Source: Candidatus Amesbacteria bacterium
GTDB lineage: Bacteria > Patescibacteriota > Microgenomatia > CAZETR01 > Amesbacteraceae
Length of the DNA: 64,000 nucleotides
Direction of reading: 5' to 3'
Assembly (NCBI GenBank): GCA_963736875.1
Contig: CAVTQH010000003.1
Span: 129,756 to 193,755 of the forward strand
Positions 41,101 through 50,531 of the stretch are shown here, piece after piece. Under the pieces are notes generated by a model. The model saw nothing but the letters and a program-made list of their open reading frames with translations, ran no database searches and was not told the origin of the DNA. The first letter of the stretch is position 1; each line of letters starts with the position of its first letter. A program made the translations under genes and the position numbers.

Positions 41101-41199
41101 AAGAAGGAATAGGAGGGGAACCAGAAGGATGATAATTACTGCCTCAATTCTGATAATGTTTCGACGCAGAATGTTATACTTTGATGTTTTTGTATGCAT
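35113..41199 (-). CDS. Giant surface protein B: TM, two DUF2341-like domains, multiple LamG domains
   Basis: ~2030 aa (ATG 41199, or TTG 41211); same scaffold and linkers as A and C. Confidence 0.9.
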   Translation of the reverse strand: MHTKTSKYNILRRNIIRIEAVIIILLVPLLFLLLTKAPQNVSAGWWNDSWLYRKKILITNTAGTQSNYTYGFSLGALTSGQINSDCSDIRVNDTNSNPIIDPFWVDCTVPNSPTVWIKFSSLANDSTILYVYYGNSDASSIMANPESFFTYMHDFAGTSIDTSKITVDGGTTTQDEYLWLLNNSDAWDSYVYATSTQARAADLAFQAKFKATSGARSVIGWHDSGSGSNRSDLVYAIFLDAGTFDIYEDGNNRVGSGSYTVGTWYDIKVVLKATGAYYYYKAVDSNTWTSIYNSNYSSETPLKPGAVHYDSGEYSYTDNWIIRQQLSTEPTVSLDSEEKSPNPVAYWNFDEGYGDTTHNSGSGGSSLNGNLAESNSCPGNSACPTWKDGADCRFDKCLSFDGTNDFVAVGDSSVIDFTASDSFSISAWFKNPESPSGADTILSKYYSTTGTDGGYKLIMEVDGDITFAVDDDSTWGPDDSVTSTAASYDDNKWHHVVAVKTGTSSLTLYIDGIPVGTDYAISAASTLANTDSLYMGIDGDGAGSPWLGSLDEIKIYPFARTADQVKVDFNNAGEIFGSSTEYILNNDLAAYWKMDESTSNTCDATNDACDFSRNNNHAEWYDNATSGNGKFGNAIDLDGTNDRVATNSAIRVPIHYTWASELSSWTQRRLITINNSNISNLTNYQLELSILYDSDMQSDFDDIRFTDNAGANLDYWLESKTDSVSANVWVEINSIPAYSSSTIIMYYGNSGVSSQSNSSNTFEFFDGFDSDPGYTKVGGGDGSYTVSGSVITLTENTSSAFGMDHGYQITGSFAVTSGSYQVQASFQPSVLKEIHGIYFCGNIYGYNSASYFYQMAGTQSWGLTPEQAYSGSGLQTVYANLNDFSCTGNIAIMHDDDSTKIAESKYDYVFIRKYAASEPVSSIGLEQTHATTIPISVSAWVQADTLDSNQRMIIARGSSPSFDWFLGASATNSGKLVYSLDGGTNTGTSNTTLTTNSWYLVTVTSDGVATKLFVNGYLDSQTSNSGFLTGNGNISIGAGYNGTQGFDGKIDETRIYNRALTSAEVQQLYNWAPGPVGYWDLNENTGTVAYDKSGNGFTGTIQNIESNDWVTGKYGGALDLEYDNNSGEYITVEHNTSLNPKTITYSAWFKLKSMPANWSKVIIQKSNSSSNYTYDMMVISNVAGDAYEVYCEVSNNGSTKYNNSAHTINLNTWYYSTCTYDGETLNHYVDGVFIDENTSPSGNIYSNTQPLYISAFEINPDNSTDAVIDEVKIYNYPRTPAQIIEDMNAGHPAPGSPVGSAVGDWNFDEGYGDTANNSGSGGTSINGDLGAVNQSCPASGTVPCPGWVNDGKFGKALSFDGTDDYLSIGPVDSLKISNAITLSAWVNFDTIPTGLTETTIMSNNNSGGWGLLPNQVESGKIETYFYINSAYQKAGFNLSEISAGTWYHIVGTFDGTDSKIYLNGALKDTVTAAGTISNPSNVKPLIGANPGTGDNVDGDYFDGKIDEVQIFSSALTADQIKQLYNQGQSAVFGAVSTASSSAEMFSSARSYCPPGDTDTCNPPIAEWKFDENTGQSTYDTSGNEKNGTLTVNNSGRMPTWSHGKFGSSIDLGATSFSDYSEVDLGTDTLNNMINGASVVTVNGWIKPRSWIQWGNGIFNSFINSNSDNGIQIEIDDGESYKLRVSAESQSSDSAQTALSSSAIPLNQWTNFSTVIDYTNDIVYIYINGKLETSQAVSFGQTTYTKGIASAQDGFPGYYNFGYNGLVDEVRIYNYARTPAQIAWDYNLGEPVAHYRFDECSGTTLNNTAPKADPRGISGYNGTITPNTGRSVGSCSSGVSTEMWNGGTTGKYSASLDFDGAGDYVDIGDQSALDFTDSFSISAWIKTDASGGTYKAIAGKCFLTGGCNGYGLYLNSDDSNHIYFQVRNDSTTSQADGGSVNNNTWHHLVGIRDHSTNTTKIYVDGSLINSDTTILSSGYSNSVKFGLGARDNGSWLYYYDGQIDEVKIFNYALTPEQVKTDYSNGAVRF

Positions 41200-41207
41200 A
41201 TTGAAAA

Positions 41208-44200
41208 TCAAAATTTGAATGCAGAATCCTGGTTATATAACGTTTGGACTTGCGGTTGAGTCAGGGCATAGTTGAAAATTTTGAGGTCATCCATTTGTCC
41301 ATCATAAAAGTTACCCGGGTTTCCATCTTGTCGAATCCAGTAGCCTATCATTAAAGGAGCGGTAGTATTGTCTATAGTGGAAAAACTGCCACCGGCTGTT
41401 GGTGTTTTATCGGCTCGTAGCCCATCGATATATAGTTTAATACTGGAATGTTCACTAATACCACCATCATAGGCGGCAACGATATGGTGCCAGCTCCCTT
41501 CTGGGAATGCTGTATTTGTTAATCTCCCGATATATCCCCCGGAAGATTGATCATAAATAGTGAAATTTAAAAAATCAGAAGAGTTTATATATAACTGGAA
41601 TTCCATTTTAGTATCTCCGGTGGTTTCATCGTCTTTACTTACTATCCAGACATTTGTTGCGTCGTTAATTTTCACCCAGGTGGAGATAGAGAAAGGGAAA
41701 TTATTACTGCTGTTTCCAAAAGAAAAAATATCGTTATCAGGTACCGTTACGATATCATCCGTTCTATCGAAACCCAGAGAAGCACTGTATTTACCAGTTG
41801 TACCGTCATTCCACATTTCGGTTGAAACTCCGGAGCTGCAGGAACCTACAGAAGTGTTTCCTGAAGCACCGGGAGTAGATGGTACCGCTGTAGCCGGTGG
41901 TACTTCTGTCGGCTTTGGGAGCCGTATCGTGGAGGACGGTGCCGGAACATTCGTCAAAGTCATACTGGGCTACCGGTGCTCCACGGTTATAGTCCCAGGC
42001 AATCTGGGCAGGAGTGCGGGCGTAGTCATAAAGAACGAAGTTATCAAGTTGGCCACCCAACCAATTTAGGTTAGCTGATACATTGCCACCGAAATATAAA
42101 CTTTGATCCGAGTTTTTGATATTACCGGAGACGTCTGTCGAACCGGTGATGCGGGATCCGTTAACATATAAATATAAGTTTGATCCGCTCCTGACAAATT
42201 CCAAGTGATACCAGGTGTTAACAGAGAGAGCTGGAGTATATGAAACGGTATATACTGTATCAGAGGTGTTGCAGTAGTAGCAGATAATATCGTCTGATGA
42301 TATGGATGAAATCATACATCTATAACTAACATAAGGTGAAGCATTATTCAGTTTATGGAACAGGTAATCTGCAACACCCTTTACACTTGGGAGTTGGTCA
42401 AGCTTAAACCAGATAGCGGCCGTCATATCATTACTTGGAGTGAGCAAGTCGTTATCTTCAATAGTGACATGATCGTTGATACCGTCAAAATTTAGACCGC
42501 TTCCGTTTTTTGTATTTGTCCAAGCGGGGTCATCCGTTCCGACTGAAGAGGTGTCACCCAGGACACCGCTGAGATTATTACCAGAAGAATCGTTTGTTAT
42601 TTGACCTGTATTTTCGTCAAATTTCCATTCACCTACAGGCGGGGAGCAGGGGTCGGAGGAGCCGGGGATGCAATATGCGGCGGAGGCGGAGTTGGAGGCA
42701 ATAGAGCCACCGGTTAAGCTTGAGGTGTCAGAGAGGACACCCATGACAGCAGACGAGCCCTGGTTATAAAGGAGTTTGATCTGGTCAGTTGTTAAAGCCG
42801 AGTTGTATATTCTTAATTCATCTAATACTCCATCAAAATACTCACTGTCTGAAGAATTATATAATCTACCGATCATCAAGTATTGCCCGGTTGTTTCCCA
42901 TGTTCCCGTTGACGTATCGGTTTCACTATTATCTAAAATTCCGTTGATATAAATACTGTCGGTGTCCAAACTCGTATCTCTTACAAACACGATATGATAC
43001 CAATTACCCGATGATAATGTTGATGTTGAAGAGATTGAAGATGAAGCGGTATCAGGTCCATAGTTTACTGCTACTTTATTGTCGTTAGCGACTCTAATAA
43101 GATAAAAATTTCGACTACAGTTTGTATCTCCATCTCCACTATCGCAATCGTCGTATCTGAAGATATTTTGGTAAAGTCCGGTGCTTTCCAGATTTATCCA
43201 GGCCGAAAATGTCATAGATTTGCTTTGATCCATGTGGATGGAGGAGCTATCACCCGCATTTACCCAATCCGAATCTGATCTTTCAAAATCAAGCCCTTTG
43301 TTAAATTTCCCGTGATTTGTCCAGGACGGACAAGTAGCATCACCGGGACAGGATCCGTACAGATTTCCATCCAGAGAGGTTCCGCCACTGCCGGTGTTGT
43401 GGGCGGAGTCGCCGTAGCCTTCATCGAATTCAAGATGCAGGACCGATGAGCCTATGGGAGATCCGGGTGCCGGATGCCCGGCATTCATGTCTTCGATAAT
43501 CTGTGACGGTGTACGGATGTAGTTGTAGATTTTGAGGTCGTCAATGGCTCCGTTGAAGTGGTCGGAGAATGTGTTTGTCCCAATTAAAAAATTATTTCCT
43601 GTATCATTGTCTCTTGTACCTGTCATCGATTGAGTGGTTAGGAATGGGTATAAAACACCATTTTTGTAGTATTTAACACCGCTGCATGTACCAGATCCGT
43701 CCCAAGAAAAGGATATATAATCCCATTGATTTGCCACGGGTTCTCCACCGCCAGTAACTGGTGCGTCGCAGGTTAGAGATGTCCCATCTGAATTGACATC
43801 AAACTGATATTTGTTTGAGTTTAGTAACACAGACCAACCTGTACTATCACCCCCGGTTTTATCAAGGATGTTATAGGTAATAATTTCTTCAGGTTTTATC
43901 CATGCCGATATAGTATAGGCCGGTAAATAATCTATACTGGCATCACTTGGTACAGTAATATAATCCTGGGTTCCTGCATATTTCGTGGCTGATCCGAACT
44001 TACCTTGAGTCCATGAAACGTTGTTGGTAAAAGATGTGGAATTATTACCGTTTCCGGAGGAGTCATAAGCCGAAGTTCCTGTGCCTTCATCCATCTTCCA
44101 ATATCCAACCGGTCCCGGAGCCCAGTTGTAAAGCTGACTGACTTCGGCGGGGGAGAGGGCGCGGTTATAGATACGGACCTCGTCGATCTTGCCGTCCCAG

Positions 44201-47200
44201 CCTTGGGTACCGTTGTAGGCGGAGCCGATACTGATATCACCGCTACCGGGTAGGACACCGGAATTATTGGTTTCCGAGTCATACTGGCCATTGATATACA
44301 ATTTGTTTTTAACACCATCGGATACCAAAGTTACCAGATTCCAGCTACCGGTGGAGAGTGTAGCATTGGATGTGCCGGTATTGGTAAGACCGTCAAGGGT
44401 ATACCAGAGTTTTCCGGAACTGGTGGCTGAAGCACCTATTCCCCAATCAAAGGAAGGAGAAGAACCACGGGCAAGGATCATTCTTTGAGAGCTATCTAAA
44501 GTTGTGGCGTTCACCCAAGCCGAGAAGGATATTGATTCACGTAAAGCGCCGGTTTGTTCCTGACTGAACGATGCAGTCGGTTCAACGGACGCAGTTTTAA
44601 CCGGACCTTGCCATTTATTGATGTAATCATCATTACGGTCTGACTGATAGATATATTTATCTTTCCAGGTCAATCCGGCAACTTCGGTGAGGGTGTGACC
44701 ACTTGAATCAAACCAATCTGTAACGATTGGTGAACTCCAGTTAGAAATGTCGATCAAATATACACGATTGCCATTGGCACCATATGATCCTGATGTACCG
44801 GCGAAAAGGTAGCCATAGGCGTACGTAAGTCCTTGTCCTCCCCAGTCAAATCCGGAGAGGGTATCCATATTTATCGAAGAACTGGAATTGTTGGAAATGA
44901 GATTTCTCTTGATCAACCCGTTTCTATGATTAGTATAAACGTACGTAGAATCAGTAGCGCAATCAATAGGCTCGTCACCTACGCTTTGATCCATAGGTGA
45001 AGTTTCGGTGAAGCTGGTGGAAAACGTGGACCATTGTTTGTTGGTCCAATCAATACCATAGAACCGGTCTTCACGATCGTCATAACAAAGTCCAGTATAT
45101 ATATCGAGGCTTCCGTACTGTTGTTGATAAGACCAGCTTGTGTTAAAGCGGTTTACATAACCCGTCTGTGAAATATAGAAATTGTTCTGCCGATCCGATG
45201 AAAGACCGTGATTGTCGGCAATATTCGCATTAGAAAATTGGGAAATGTAAGTGCCCGCCAGTGTCGGATCAAAAACGTCATTTCTACTGGAAGTTGTTGT
45301 GACAATCCCGTTTCCGTAATACATATGAATGGTCGTTCCGGAAGATGCAATTGAAGGAATTTTTACCCACACACTTGCGGAAATGCCGGGTTTATACCGT
45401 TCATCCAGCCAATAGTTTATTTGAGTGCCGGTGGAGTCTGTAAACCGCAAATCGTCAAAATCAATCTGCATATCAGAATCGTATGTAACGCTCAGCATAA
45501 CCTGAAAATCAGTTAACGCTGAACCAGTGCTGTTTGAGATATCAATTAGTTTGCGTTTTGACCAGGCTGAAAAAGCAGGAGGCCATGCCGGATAAATCGG
45601 TATACCATAAGCTGATGCACTGGCTTGATCGTAGGTACCGTCAAAGTTTAAAGAATTACCGAATTTACCTACAGCGGATCCAGTGTTTCCCATCCAGGTG
45701 GCGTTGTTGCCATGACCAGACGAGTCCAGTGATGGGGTAGAGTTTTCATCCACCTTCCAGTAACCAACCAAACCGTTTTCCAGCGGTGATTCATTCTTGA
45801 TTCCCAATACAGATGCTCCTCCTACGTAGTCGTTTTTAAGTTCGCTGGCGGTACGGGCATAGGGATAGAATTTGATTTCATCAATGATACCCTTAAAGGC
45901 ATTGGATGAACCATCACCGTCGATACCAAAATACAGGGGATCGGTGTTGGCCAGGGTGTTGGTGGCGGTAATAATGTTATCACTACCAATAATCTGCCCA
46001 TCAATGTAAAGCAAGAGATTTGTCTGACCGTTTTTTACCATAGCTACCTGGTGCCAAACATTGTCATCGTATGCTTCTATTGAGGTTACCGAGTCATCCG
46101 GTCCCCATGTATTGTCATCATCCATTCCGGCGATTACGTGACCGCCAGAATCAAGGTAGATTTTATAACCTCCATCAGTCCCGGTGGTACTCTGGTATTT
46201 GGCCAGAATGGTATCAGTAGTAGCTGTAACAGGGATTTTAAACCAGGCAGTGATGGTGTATGAGTCGGTGTCTACGTCTATACCAGGCGAATCGGAAACA
46301 ATGACGTAGTTATTACTTCCATCATATTCAAGACAATTTCCCCATCTGCAGGTTGATCCGCTTAGCCAAGTTGGCCCATATATTACACCACTGTAGCAGG
46401 CATTTATGCTGTTATGGACATTTGCGTTAGCAATTATATTTACCTGTAATACAAGCCAAGAAGATGAGGCAGTGGTGGTATTTCCCGATGATGCAGAATT
46501 CTTCAGTCGTGATTCCATATTGGTAGCGGATCCGGGCAAAACCGACTTGATATCCCCGCTTCTTCTTCTGGTGAAGGTAGCAGAAGTAGTCGAGACTTCT
46601 GAGGATCCAATTTCACTGCTTCCCTTGAATATGGCATACCCGGTTCCGGCAGAAGTTTTAAGCGTAGCCTCAAAATATGCAGCATTAACACTATTGAAAT
46701 TGCCGACATTATAGGAATTTAAGTATCCCTGGTCGGTGTAGGTAGAATCGGTATCCGTCCTTTGTGTGCCAATCGATTGTTGAATAGTTTCTGTTGCCGT
46801 AATTCCATTGCATGAATTTGACTGGTCGAGAATTAACTTGGCGTTGGAGAGATAGATAGATGAGTTATTGGTGCCGGATCTTAACCTGACTACGTACTCT
46901 TTGCCTGAAGTCAGGGTGATTGCCGAAGATATTTGCCTGCTCCAGGTAATTGAGGTGGTGGAGACTTCGGAACCGGATACCTGGGTGCCGTCGGTTAAAT
47001 TGTAAAGATCGGCGTAGGCGGTCCAGGTGCCGGTGGTGGAGAGATTTGATACCTGGACAACAAGCCAGGAATTGGAGACAGAGGTGGTGTTGGTGGCGCT
47101 GTTTTTGATCTGGGTATCCATTTCTTTGGCTGTAAATGTCGGGTACTGGGGCAGATTGCCGGTAATATCCGAGCTTCTCTGGCGGGCAAGGGTGGCAGAG

Positions 47201-50200
47201 GTGGTACTAACTTCTGAACCGGAAATTGCCGAGCCGTCTGTGGCGTTATACAGCTGGGCATACCCTGTTCCTGCCGATGTTTTAAGAGTGGCTTCGTAGT
47301 ACAGATTCAGGTTACCGCCGGCAAAGGAATTCTGAGTGCCGTGGTATTCCAGGTTGAGGCGGTTATAGAGTCCCTGACTGGTGTAGGTACTGTCGGCATC
47401 GGTTTTCAGGGTGTTAACTTGCTGCTGCATGGTTTCTAGAGCGGTGATGCCGCCGCCGGCAGTTTGGTCGAGGACGATCTTGGCGTTGATAAGATAGATG
47501 GGCAGGGTATTAGTGCCGGATCTAAGCCTGACAACGTACTCTTTGCCTGAAGTCAGGGTGATTGCCGAAGATATTTGCCTGCTCCAGGTGATTGAGGTTG
47601 AGGAGACTTCGGAACCGGATACCTGGGTGCCGTCGGTTAAATTGTAAAGATCGGCGTAAGCGGTCCAGGTGCCGGTGGTGGAGAGATTTGATACCTGGAC
47701 AACAAGCCAGGAATTGGAGACAGAGGTGGTGTTGGTAGCGTTGTTTTTGATCTGGGTATCCATTTCTTTGGCTGTAAATGTCGGGTACTGGGGCAGATTG
47801 CCGGTGATATCCGAGCTTCTCTGGCGGGCAAAAGTAGCCGATGTGGTTGAGACTTCCGAGCTGGTGATGGCATTGCCGTTTGTGGCGTTATACAGCTGGG
47901 CATACCCTGTTCCTGCCGATGTCTTGAGGGTGGCTTCGTAATACAGATTCAGGTTACCGCCGGCAAAGGAATTCTGAGTGCCGTGGTATTCCAGGTTGAG
48001 GCGGTTATAGAGTCCCTGACTGGTGTAGGTACTGTCGGCATCGGTTATTAAAGAGTTGACTTCCTGCTGCATGGTTTCCAGGGCGGTAATGCCGCTGCCG
48101 CCATGCTGGGTGAGAATAATTTTGGCATTGCTGATGCTGCCGGAGCAGCCGTCGACACCCCCGTCGGAACAATAGACCCTAACAACATAGTCATCATCGT
48201 TGGTGGTATCCCAATCAGCATCACCGTCGATGTTGGTGGTAGTTTTATAGTTCCAGCTGGTATTCCCGGTATGGGATACGGTAGCCACGACAGTGCTGTT
48301 TGTATTGTTGTACAGCTCGGCATAGACAGTGTCACCGCTGCTGGCAATTTTTAAGGTGGCGGAAAAAGTGGCGTCGCCGCTGGATTCCACAGTAGGACTG
48401 AAAGCACCGGCATTGTATTGATAAATTTTTGAATTGGTTAGTTCGGCGGCAGAGGTGTTGGTAAAAGCGGTTTGATAATTTCCCATTTCAATACTGGTCT
48501 CAGTGTTGGTGATTTTGGTGGTACTAGTCTGCTGGATAACCAGACGAGCGGCATAAATGTTGGCAGTACCATCGCATCTGACGCGAATGGTATAGTCGGT
48601 GTTGTCGGTTAGGGTAAGGGCGGCACTTCTGACTCTGTCGTATGAACCACTGGATGTATGAAGTTCGCTGCCGGAAACAGCGCTGCCTCCGGAAGTATAT
48701 AATGTGGCGTACTGGTGCCAATTTACTCCGTTGCTTTTCATATCCGCTTCGAAATAGACGGTGGCTCCTGAATATTTACTTGCATCCCAATGGATTAAAC
48801 CTAAAGAATTATCGGTGGGAATATTTGATCCGGAGGAATAGTTATATGTCTGATCCATGATGTTAATCTGCTGTTCAATTGTCGGCTGGTTGGTTTTCAG
48901 GTTGGCTTCAAAGTAGGCCGTAGGAGCGGGGGAAAACTTACTGGAGTCATAACTGTAGATTTTCTTGTTGGTAAGCTGGGTGGCGGTATCACTGGATTGG
49001 GATTCTGCATTACCGAGTTCGATCTGGGTTTCGGTATCGGTGATTTTGGTTGTGCTTGTCTGCTGGATAATCAGACGGGCGGCATATACGTAAGAGGCAC
49101 CGTCGCCTACGGTACGGATGGTGTAATCGGTTTCGTCGGTAAGTGTCAGGGCGGCACTTCTGACCCGGTCATATGAACCACTGCTTGAGTGAAGTTCACC
49201 TCCGGAAACAGCGCTGCCTGCGGAAGTATACAAAGCGACATACTGATGCCAATTTACTCCGGCACTTTTCATATCCGCTTCGAAATAGACGGTGGCTCCA
49301 GAGTATTTGTCCGCGTCCCAGTGAACCAATCCCAGGGAATTATCGGTGGGAACATATGAACCGGAGTAATAGTAGTATGTTTGGTCGATGATATTAATCT
49401 GCTGTTCAATTGTCGGCTGGTTGGTTTTCAGGCTGGCTTCAAAGTAGGCTGTAGGAGCAGGAGAGAACTTGCTGGAGTCATAACTGTAGATTTTCTTGTT
49501 GGTAAGCTGGGTAGCGGTATCACTGGATTGGGATTCTGCGTTTCCGAGTTCAATCTGGGTTTCGGTGTCGGTGATTTTAACGGTATTTGTTTGGATGATT
49601 ATCAGTCTGGCCGCATACAGGTAAGCGGTACTACCATCTGTTCTGAGACGGACGGAATAACTGGTGTTATCGGTAAGGGTAAGAGCGGCACTTCTGACCC
49701 GGTCATATGAACCACTGGATGTATGGAGTTCGCCTCCTGAGACAGCACTGCCTGCGGAAGTATATAAAGTTGCATATTCATGATAATTTGTTCCCCAACT
49801 TTTCATATCCGCTTCGAAATAGACAGTGGCTCCCGGATATTTATCCGCGTCCCAGTAGATTAAACCCAGGGAGTTATCCGAAGGAATATCAGAACCGGAG
49901 TTGGTGTAGAACGTCTGGCTCATGATATTTATCTGTTGTTCGAGCTTAGAAGTGATGGGAGTAGTATTGTAACCCTCATCAAATTTCCAGTGGGCGACGG
50001 GACCCGGGGTTTTTTCTTCGGAGCCGGAGGTCGGACCGGAGGTAGGTGTAAAAGTTGACTGCGAAAATTGAGATGACTCAGTACCGTTTATGGCTTGGGG
50101 ATTGCCATAGTAGTGATAGATGACGTTTGTGCCGCTGGTGATGGCGGGGAACAGCACGTAATAGTCGGTTGAGGTGGTATTGCAGGCTCCGCCGGATGAG

Positions 50201-50520
50201 TCCAGGTAGTAACGGAGGATCTGACCGTTTTCGGTGACAAACCGAGAATCTCCGCAGTCAGATTGCATTTTACCGGCAGTGATAAGAGTTGCCGTATCGA
50301 TGTCAAACTTGACTTTTTTGTCGGTATCAGCAGAGCCGGAATTACCGAAGATAATTTTTGTTTTGTAGTTCCAGTTGTCATCCCACCAGCCGGCGCTGAC
50401 GGTTTGGGGAGCTTTGGTTAAAAGGAGAAATAACAGGGGAGCCAGGAGAATAATAATAACTGCCTCAATTTTGACTATATATTGACGCAGAATGTTATGC
50501 TTTGATAGCTTTTTAAACAT
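41208..50520 (-). CDS. Giant surface protein C (~3100 aa after repairing a 1-bp frameshift at ~41877): DUF2341-like and LamG domains, nested repeat module, propeller-like insert
   Basis: ORFs 41806..50520 and 41208..41963 join (GTI-TPGASGNTSVGSCSSGVSTEMW, matching paralog B GTITPNTGRSVGSCSSGVSTEMW). Confidence 0.87.
46440..49941 (-). repeat. Internal repeats of gene C: three N-half units (534 and 531 bp spacing) followed by three C-terminal units (642 and ~609 bp spacing)
   Basis: EQQINI starts at 49941, 49407, 48876; SWLV(V/L)QV ends near 47690, 47050, 46440. Confidence 0.9.
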
Positions 50521-50531
50521 AGACGACGGGG

